A DNA stretch of 20,000 nt from Gonapodya sp. JEL0774. Taxonomy: Eukaryota. The notes under the pieces were generated by a model. That model ran no database searches. It worked only from the letters and a program-made list of their open reading frames with translations, and was not told where the DNA came from. A program made the position numbers and the translations under genes. Below are positions 12,514-20,000 of the stretch, piece by piece; positions within the stretch are counted from its first letter, which is position 1; every line of letters begins with the position of its first letter. Location of the stretch: NCBI GenBank assembly GCA_027604505.1, contig JADIIX010000107.1:53687-73686 (forward strand), read 5' to 3'.

Positions 12514-14609
12514 TCAGCCATATACATCTCTAATTCCCGGAGACAACTCTGGGCTGATTTCTCCCGTTCGCTTGAAATAAAGCAACGCCCCCAGATGCGA
12601 GGGTTCCATAGTCATTTCAAACAAACGCTGCTGGAGGAAGCGTGCCCGTGCCACCCCAAGATGGACGGCCGCAGTTCCAACGTCGAAGTGCTTTGCTTTA
12701 TTGGGTAATGTGGACGAGATGGCAGAGATTGCATTAACCGGTGTCGAGTTGGCAGAGGGGTTGACCATTCCAAGCGCCGTAGTTCCTTCTTTTGCCAGAG
12801 AATCCGCTTCTGGTGCTGGTGCGGATCTCGCCGAGAAGGGTCTGCCTACCTCCGTCGCTGAAAAATCGCCTGTGGTGGCAATGTTTGAATATCTATTCGA
12901 GGACTGTGCGACTCCCATCGACTCTCTCTCAGTTGGAGATGTTGACGCAAATTTGACCACGAGGGTGTAGTGTTTCTCGAAATAATCCACGGCCGTGCGG
13001 AGGTTTCCCATTTTCCCGTGCGCGTGACCGAGTTTGCGACATGCCTCCGCGTAGTTGGCGAGTTGGTCTGATGAAGATTCTGTCAGATTCAAAAAAATTT
13101 CGAGGTGGCTGATGGCGCCAGCAGAATCGCCGACACTGAAACGATGATATAGGTGTTCAATGCTCACAGAAATGAGTCAGCGGCATTGGATTTGGCAGGC
13201 CACAGTTCTCACCTTTCGAGACAATCCGCCAGGGCGGTGTGCGCCATGGCTTCACCTTGCTTGTCACCTGCAGTCCCGGAGGTCGTCAAGAAGTCTTGGA
13301 GACACTGAACAAAAGCGTCGAAGAAAATTCAGTTCAGTTCCTCTGAGGCAAGTTGATTCGCCGGACACACCTCCATAGCTTTCTTTAGTTCCCCGCTGTT
13401 TTTGTATGCACAGCCCATCCGGTAGGGTACTTCTCCAAGAGGCTCGCCACCACAGCTTTCGTTCATGATGCGTACGCATTCCATGTAGTGATCCAGAGCT
13501 TCTGTATATTTCTTTTCCGTTTCCAGTTCCCCAGCTATTCTCAGGTGACATTCGGCGAGAGAGTGTGTGGTCACACGGTCGGCATTGAGATTTCGATCCT
13601 CGCGCGCGACTTTCCGAGACTGTTCAAAGGCGGAGAGCGCTTCCTCGAGGCGCCCTGTCAGCGAGTGATACTGAGATGTTACCGAAATGACGAAGGAGAG
13701 CAAGTTTCCTCACCGCATGACACCAATGCCTTGCCAAGACTGTGTGTTGCATCAACAGTCATCTTGCGTATTGCGGGTTGGAGACGCGCCATCTCGAGAC
13801 CTTCCTGAAGGTAGAAAATTGCTCGTTCGTGATTAAAAATACTCAGAAAGAAATTAGCGAGTGATTTTCTGGATTCGTAGATTGCCGTGACATCCCCTTC
13901 ATCGATTTGGTCGCGAGTGGTTAGAAGGCAGCTTGCCACTCTTCATTGTGATTAACGAACCCAGCCTTTGTCCGTCTTCAGCCGCCTTTAGAAGGTCTTT
14001 GAACTCGAGCAGCGAGGAAAGACGGTACGAATCAACAGCCACCTCCACGGCTCTAGCAGCGGCCGCACCACTGCACGGATTCTCAACGAGTTCCCGACGT
14101 GCACGCTGCTGGGTTTCAAACTCAAGGTCTGTCAGGAGGCGCTTTTCTACATGTACGACTCCAAGTTTGGTGATTCCGACGGAGGATCCTGGGCGCCCAG
14201 AAGTGAGATTGGGGGACGAGACCGTGTTCGATGACGATGGACGATCATGCTGATCGCCATTGTTTCCAGATCGGACAGAATCAAGTTTTCTTGCCACGGT
14301 TGAGTCCAATCGAATGCTGACCGCTGTTGATCCATCAGGTACTCCCGCTACCGAGACCGAGTCACCGAACTTTGAGAGCTCGTGGGTCAGGGTGAAGAAT
14401 GCGGCAAAGGAGCGAACATGGCCCGTGCTAAGTAAGTCGAGGCAAATTTGTTGGATAGGCTGCACAGGTTTGGTATTCCTGGAAATGCGGCATCGATGTG
14501 ATGAGCGCTTGTCACGGAAAGGTGGTGTCAAGGGCTGCGAGTCGTACTCAGCAGTGGTCTTAATATAGTCATCAGATTCGGTGAATCTATTCGATCGCTG
14601 CTTCTCCAT
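12514..14609 (-). CDS. TTC29: Tetratricopeptide repeat protein 29 (TTC29)-like flagellar TPR protein; start codon uncertain
   Basis: ICLDLLSTGHVRSFAAFFTL resembles the TTC29 N-terminal ICVDMLRDGYHKSFTELFAL. It is followed by LLKAAEDGQR, TPR-like helices (ATHSLGKAL, VPYRMGCAY, ACRKLGHAHGKMG) and C-terminal AAVHLGVARA...LGALLYFK. Joined from ORFs 13899-14699, 13679-13939, 13329-13703 and 12514-13167 through GT-AG introns (e.g. 13960-13897). Confidence 0.75.
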
Positions 14610-14799
14610 CCGAGGAGAGCAGTTGTTCGCGGTGGAAGACAGTTCACCAGTTTGTTTGAACCGGCACATACACAAAGATGCCCCGTTACCCTCAATCACA
14701 ACTAATTTTCACATCTCTATCTAATTAGTCCGCATGGAAAAATATGGGGAAAGGAAAAGTTCACGGAAGCGGCAACGTACCGAACCACTAAGCAAAGTT

Positions 14800-15456
14800 T
14801 TATCGGTTCACCATATGATGAAAGCATCCACCCCTCAACATTTTCTGGTATATAAAAGAGACTTCGTGCAGAGACTGCTCCTGACAGAACTTGAGAAGAC
14901 GTTGCAGTGTTGCCCAAGAGGCTGCACATGGCAATCAGGATACTTCATCACAAATCTGAACGGACTTGTTCATAGCAGAGTTGTTGACGTACCTTCTGTA
15001 AGCTTTATCTTATGAAGAAGAAGGTCTCGTGGTTGTGAAAAATACATTAGGTAGAGGCCGTACATAGCACCCAATTGATGCCCGAGTGAGTGTCCAAGAG
15101 AAAGAAAGCCTTTGGCGAAGTCATGACCAACGGTAAGCTCCGCATGAGAAGAGTCTGCCCTCGAGTCATTTACCGAGAAACTGCTCATACACAAGTTGCA
15201 AGTAAAGTTCACGGCCATAGGTGTTGCTGCAACCGATGTGAATCAAAGCGAAGCGCTTTGCGATCCATGTCTCCAAACACGCTGCGTACTCTATACGGTT
15301 CTTCTGTTAGAGAGGCGGTCGTAGTGGGGTTTGAATCGGTCGGCAAACAATGTAAAGACATACAGCGACGAATGCACTGATGAATGCATTAACATCATCG
15401 GTCACCGCCTGGGTCTTGATTGCTGTGCTGCTGTCGACCGTTAAAAAGTGATGCAT
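14800..15456 (-). CDS. SNAPC1: snRNA-activating protein complex subunit 1 (SNAPC1/SNAP43)-like protein, about 153 aa, four exons
   Basis: Exons 15456-15364, 15303-15174, 15109-14993 and 14921-14800, with GT-AG introns of 60, 64 and 71 nt and consistent phases. Translation: MHHFLTVDSSTAIKTQAVTDDVNAFISAFVAKNRIEYAACLETWIAKRFALIHIGCSNTYGRELYLQLVYEQFLGFLSLGHSLGHQLGAMYGLYLMYFSQPRDLLLHKIKLTEASWATLQRLLKFCQEQSLHEVSFIYQKMLRGGCFHHMVNR*. It is colinear with the recalled SNAPC1 N-terminal domain (DCEALLSRF...W..MKF..I..G...VGALYLLYGLYNTQ....KIRV...W....AAYIFRKL....AFHF). The 3' end could be extended by further splicing. Confidence 0.78.
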
Positions 15457-15534
15457 TGTCCTTTATTTGGGAGAGACCGCCGAACTAGAACTTGAAACTG
15501 GCACTTTGATTTGTACCCCAAAAAAGTCTCTTTC
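15457..15534. promoter_or_regulatory. Putative 78-bp bidirectional promoter and 5'UTR region between SNAPC1-like and RBM39-like genes
   Basis: Divergent ATGs at 15456 (-) and 15535 (+). Promoter function is inferred from geometry only; no motif identified. Confidence 0.55.
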
Positions 15535-17959
15535 ATGGACGACGACGTTGAGGCTTTGCTTGAGGCGCCATTTCGAAAGGTTAGCAGGAAATCACATTGA
15601 GCTTCTCCATTTTCCTGCTGGGAGCAAAGGGAAGACTCCCAGGCTAACGACGTTACTCAATGTCTTGCAAATTTGCTAAAACAGAGCCCAGCACCTCCAC
15701 CGCATTATGAGAGTGATGTAAGCGTGAAAACTAAGAGGAGCTCGTGAGTATATGAGTGTTACCGAGGCCCCGTGGTCCTCGCTAATGTTGAATACCATCG
15801 CTCCCACATTTCCAACGTATGAGACGTGACATTGATTCATCCAGAGATGAAAATAAGAGACCTCGTCATTCTCGTGAAGATGATGGCCGACGACACAGAT
15901 CTCGCTCTCGCGATGGCGACAGAGAGCGCACGAATCGATCTGACCGGGACATTAGGGAGAAGTCTTCCCGCGAGAACGGCGACCATTCTTCGTCATCGCG
16001 CAGAGATCGTGATAAGTACGAGAAGTCGGAACGGGGGGATCGAAGTGAGCGAGCGGAGCGTGGGGACAGAAGCGAGAAGAGCGGAAGAAGCGAAAAGGGC
16101 GAACGAGGAGAAAAGAGCAGCCGGCGCAGAGATGAGGAGCGCCGTAACTCCGAAAAAGATCATGCCTCGCGTAGGGATCGTGAACGGGAAGATGGACATC
16201 GTCGGAGCAAACATGAGGATGAGCAAAGACAGAGCAGGTCAGGCGAACGTTCTCGCGACCGTCGTCGCAGCGGAAGCACCTCACGAGACAGGCACCACCG
16301 AGAAGGGTAAGTCCGAATGAACTTGCTACATTGCGTACACTTTTTTGTTTGATATGGTGCACGCATGTCGTCAAGCTCCAGAACGAAATCCCCGTCACCA
16401 ATGCTCAATGATATGGATCGTGATAAACGCACTGTATTCTGCATGCAACTTGCGGCTAGGCTTCGAACGAGAGAGCTCGCCGACTTCTTTTTGCCCGCTG
16501 GCAAGGTGCGTGATGTGAAAATCATCACGGACCGAAACTCGCGGCGCTCAAAAGGGTGAGCACGTTGTGTCAGCACAATTCTGTAATGTGTCTCACTTAA
16601 TTTATTGCCCACTGTCTTCAGCGTTGGGTATGTAGAGTTTTACGACGAGGGATCCGCTCAAAAAGCGGTAACAATGTCAGGGCAAAAACTTCTAGGAATT
16701 CCCATCATTGTGCAGCCATCAGAAGCTGAGAAAAATCTAGCCGCTGAAATGGCAGCCAAATCGTGAGCATATTCCGACTGTATTGATGTTTTGTGTGGTT
16801 TTTGTTCCTCACACTTTCGATCCCTTCAGTGTTGTGGAGAAAACGGAGATTAATTACCAGCGCCTTTATGTTGGAAACATTAACTTCAACCTCACAAGTG
16901 ATGATGTTAAACAGGTCTTCGAGGCATTTGGACCTGTTGATTCAGTCAGTTTGCAATATGACTCGGATGTGGGAAAGTCGAAGGGGTATGCATTTGTCCA
17001 GTGAGTCATGCATGGAGATTGATATGGGTTTCAATGTTTCAAATTTGAGTGTTGTGTTGCACTGCAGCTTTCAAAGGCCAGAGGATGCAAAAAAGGCTCT
17101 AGAGCAAATGAATGGATTTGAGCTTGCGGGGAGACAGGTTAGCCTCTGGAACCTCCAATTTGTTCTTATATACTTGGACTCAGATTTCTCGTACATAAAC
17201 AGTTAAAGGTTGGTTTGTCAGATAAAGCCCTTGGAATTGTGACTGGATCAGTAGGAACTACCCTGGATGGGTCAAACTTGAAGATGGATGATGGAGGCAA
17301 GTTTACTTCTCAACAGAAAGGCAATGACATTTTAAAACACTGTTATTGTTTTTTAGAGACCCTTGGATTTAATTTGAATTCTCAAACTCGAGTTGCTTTA
17401 ATGGCAAAATTAGCGCGAGAATCTTTGCCTGTGCCAATGCCACAAGTTGTTCCCCCACCCACCATGATGTGAGCTTTCAATTAATCATTTGAACATGTTC
17501 CCTTTAACAACTCCATCATAACAGTGACTTATCTCCCTGCATTTTGCTTACCAATATGTTCAATCCTTCAGAGTATGTTATTTTCACTTGCAAGGTTGTT
17601 CTTGTTTGATTCAAGTTCCGTCTCACTTGTGCTTTATAGAGAAACTGGTGATGCATGGGAAAAGGACATTGAGGAGGATGTAAAAGATGAGTGTTCAAAA
17701 TTTGGTACCATCATACACATTCACGTGGACAAAAACAGCATGGTAAGTAAAGGTCCAAGTGAGAGTGGCAAGCTGAGTGAATAACAAAGAATGTCTCTTT
17801 CACCTACCTGGAACCTAGGGTCATGTTTACCTCAAGTTTCAATCATATTCAAATGCACAAGCAGCTATTGCTGCATTGAATGGGCGGTGGTTCTCATCAA
17901 GACAAATCAGTGCTACTTACATTAACCCTCTCACTTACTCGCAGAAGTTTGGTGTGTGA
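15535..17959 (+). CDS. RBM39: RBM39/RBM23 (CAPER, Rsd1/PAD-1)-like splicing factor: RS/RD/RE-rich N-terminus, two RRMs, C-terminal UHM
   Basis: First exon MDDDVEALLEAPFRK (15535-15579). RRM1 RDKRTVFCMQLAARL...DRNSRRSKGVGYVEF...GIPIIVQPSEAEKN. RRM2 RLYVGNINFNL...SKGYAFVQF...MNGFELAGRQLKVG. Linker RVALMAKLAR. UHM LLTNMFNPSEET...DVKDECSKFG...GHVYLKF...LNGRWF. TGA at 17957-17959. The acceptor of intron 2 is ambiguous (15823 or 15844). Confidence 0.95.
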
Positions 17960-17977
17960 TATTAACAGAAGTATAAA

Positions 17978-17983
17978 AATAAA
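17978..17983 (+). terminator. Candidate polyadenylation signal AATAAA for the RBM39-like gene
   Basis: AATAAA 18 nt after the stop codon in an A-rich context. Confidence 0.45.
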
Positions 17984-18080
17984 CTTCAGTCTCCAAGATT
18001 TTGGATGTAAACCTGATTAGAATCTTTCTAACAGGGTTGTGATCCCATAGCCATGCTGAAGTGGTTGATGTTCATGTTGT

Positions 18081-18263
18081 TGTAGTATTGACACCTTGTA
18101 CAGGGCCTGGGCTGTGTGACCACAGCTCACACATGCATGTAAGAGAGATAGCTACACACAATAAGATCACATGTTGCACCATCTCACACTCCAGGTCTAT
18201 CACTAGGTCACCCATTCCATTCATAGAGGGCTAGCATTGATACGCAGTGACAGCCCCACTACA
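18081..18263 (+). repeat. Short LTR, copy A (183 bp), TGTAGT...ACTACA
   Basis: Starts TGTAGTATTGACA and ends GACAGCCCCACTACA, giving a 6-bp terminal inverted repeat with TG...CA ends. Its last 77 nt align as an inverted copy of 19926-20000, and both termini resemble those of 18599-18761. Confidence 0.75.
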
Positions 18264-18598
18264 GTTTGGGGGGACAACTGTGTTCTGAATCCAGAGACAC
18301 TGTGAAAAAAAGTCATAGAAAAGCAGCAAAGCGCTGTCAAAGACTCATAAGCTACAGTATAAAGCAAAACAAAATGTCACAAGACGTTTTCCTGCCAACA
18401 CAATGACCCAACTAGGATCGTTGACTATCAGAAGACATTGCGATCACTCGGGTTACCAAAAACATCAAAACGACAGAAAAGCAAGGCACTGACTTTCCAT
18501 GGCAAAAAGCAGCACTAAGCCATCAACTCTATATATAATTGTTTTGAGGCTAAATCTAGGCCATAGAGTTCCTCAAACGCAAATTCTTGTTCAATCCC

Positions 18599-18761
18599 TG
18601 TAGCGGGGCTGACACCAGCAATGATAGGACGGGAAGGAGAAGATATATGGCATGATTGCTTATTCGTAACTATCTGTCTATATACAGGTATATGCCCTTC
18701 GTGCCACCCTCAGACCCTCAGGGTCCTGTGACATGTAACCCCGTGGGATGTCAATACCGCA
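18599..18761 (-). repeat. Short LTR, copy B (163 bp): probable 3' LTR of the minus-strand chromovirus relic
   Basis: On the minus strand it starts TGCGGTATTGACATC and ends GTCAGCCCCGCTACA, homologous to the ends of copy A. It is directly preceded by a G-rich tract and lies downstream of the integrase/chromodomain. Confidence 0.7.
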
Positions 18762-18776
18762 ACACCCCCCACCTCC
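18762..18776 (-). other. Polypurine-tract-like plus-strand primer site
   Basis: Minus strand reads GGAGGTGGGGGGTGT immediately 5' of the TG of LTR copy B. Confidence 0.6.
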
Positions 18777-19240
18777 AATAAGCCAGACGTCCCCGTCACA
18801 CTGATGTTGGAATGGCATGTGGGGAAAAAATAAGAACTCCAGTGGTGGAGGAAAAAAAAATCTGTACATCACTATTGGGTATAAGAACTGAATTCTGCAT
18901 CGGGAGATTTATTGTCTTTCAGAAGCCATGCAAGGAAGAAAAAAGAAATACAACACTGCAATTAATCAATTTGGGGAAGATTCTTAAAAAAAACATCCCA
19001 AGATGCCAAAGCATACACAGTAGTGTCAGTGGAGAAAAGTTCAAAAAACCTCCTTGGGGAAACCAAGAGAACCTCAACACCCACCTATTAGGCAATTTTC
19101 CAGGTACTGCATAGTAAAGTCAAACTCCCTGTGCCAGATTTGCAGATGCAACACAAACACGTATGAGTGCCAGGAGAGATTGAAATCCTGTGGTTGAGTG
19201 CAGAGGCCAAGAGTGGGGGTGGGAGATGAGTTGAGGATTG

Positions 19241-19925
19241 TCAGACACACAGCAGCAGAGTATCCTGCTTGGTACTTGCAGAGTCCTGTCGCTTGTGTTT
19301 CTGTTTGCCTTTGAACACAGCCTTGGGTGCTTTTAAAGAAGGAGTAAGTTGTGGGTTGCGACATGAAAACTGGGTCATCATGTCTAGACCATTGATCTTG
19401 TGCTCACAAATCCATTCCAGTTCATCATGGCCAACAAGTTTTACTAAGTATTTGATATGATCATTCTTCCATCTACCAAGCAAAATGGACTCCATACCAA
19501 AACTACATTCATTGTCTGCATTTGATGCAACAGGGGTAGGATATGCACAATCTGGTAGCAGACACAGATCAGATGCAAGATCAATGTTTCTGTCCTGGAA
19601 GGGTGTTGGTGCTGCTGTGGCACCTTGACAGGTATGTAAGGTTTGACCTTTCGCATCTGACTCACATGGGCCTGGATTTGTTTACCAGTGCAAAAATGTT
19701 TGAGTTGGTAAGTGACCTCAGTCACTTTTCGACGACCTTATCTAGACCAAGCTACCTTGATAAAAACTTGGTGCTCTCCCCCTTATGATACACTTCATCA
19801 GAGTAGACCATTACAGTGGAATCTACGTCAAATGAGATATCAATGTGATGTGCATCGTATTTGAGTTTGCGAGTCATAGCAGACCTTATCAGTTGCTCAC
19901 AAAGCTCATCATAAACCTGCGCCAT
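19241..19925 (-). pseudogene. Decayed pol C-terminus: integrase GPY/F region and chromodomain
   Basis: KLKYDAHHIDISFDVDSTVMV...KGESTKFLSR*LGLDKVVEK, then a frameshift to VTEVTYQLKH...AHVSQMRK, resembling KF..RW.GPY.V...VTY.L...HVS.L. The stop at 19754-19752 is probably TGG>TAG; the frameshift is near 19727. Chromodomain-like MESILLGRWKNDHIKYLVKLVGHDELEWI lies in ORF 19241-19495. Confidence 0.78.
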
Positions 19926-20000
19926 TGTAGTGGGGCTGTCACTACGTATCGATCTCAGCCCTCTATGATGGGATGGTGGCCTAGTGATAGGCCTGGAGTG
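19926..20000 (-). repeat. 3' end of LTR copy C (runs off the window edge)
   Basis: The reverse complement CACTCCAGGCCTATCACTAGG...GTGACAGCCCCACTACA matches 18187-18263 with about 10 differences in 77 columns (by eye). It ends in CA directly against integrase coding sequence. Confidence 0.75.

Larger units (their letters stand above)
18599..19925 (-). mobile_element. Degenerate Ty3/Gypsy chromovirus retrotransposon, 3' portion (integrase C-terminus, chromodomain, 3'UTR, PPT, 3' LTR)
   Basis: The order integrase tail, chromodomain, noncoding region, PPT, LTR on one strand is the canonical chromovirus 3' end. Confidence 0.8.

Noticed and set aside
15819..16310. Overlapping ORFs in several frames and repetitive GA-rich sequence
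   Set aside because: Explained by the RS/RD/RE low-complexity domain of RBM39; the other frames are shadows.
18187..20000. Inverted repeats read as terminal inverted repeats of a DNA transposon or DIRS element
   Set aside because: The repeats have TG...CA LTR-type ends, a related copy follows a PPT, and the enclosed coding relic is a Gypsy integrase tail with chromodomain, not a transposase or tyrosine recombinase.
1..20000. U12-type introns, tRNA/rRNA genes, CRISPR arrays
   Set aside because: No RTATCCTT donor at any modelled junction, and no cloverleaf, rRNA-like sequence or regularly spaced repeats were found.

Overview
Compact, intron-rich eukaryotic DNA, most consistent with a flagellated early-diverging (chytrid-like) fungus. 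This is inferred from a fungal-type sulfite reductase together with TTC29, kinesin-12 and SNAPC1 homologues. Exon models were built by hand from splice signals, reading-frame continuity and recalled family motifs; no database search was run. Left to right: a 5'-truncated sulfite reductase beta subunit (MET5-like, +); a KIF15-like kinesin (+); YTM1/WDR12 (-); TTC29-like TPR protein (-); a short four-exon SNAPC1/SNAP43-like gene (-) that the ORF track largely misses; an RBM39/CAPER-like splicing factor (+) whose ATG lies 78 bp head-to-head from SNAPC1; and about 1.9 kb of decayed Ty3/Gypsy chromovirus sequence with three related short LTRs. Most notable: the SNAPC1-RBM39 divergent pair, four consecutive ~270-nt kinesin introns, frequent AAG acceptors, a GC-AG intron in RBM39, near-abutting convergent stops, and CpG depletion reaching from the LTR cluster into RBM39.
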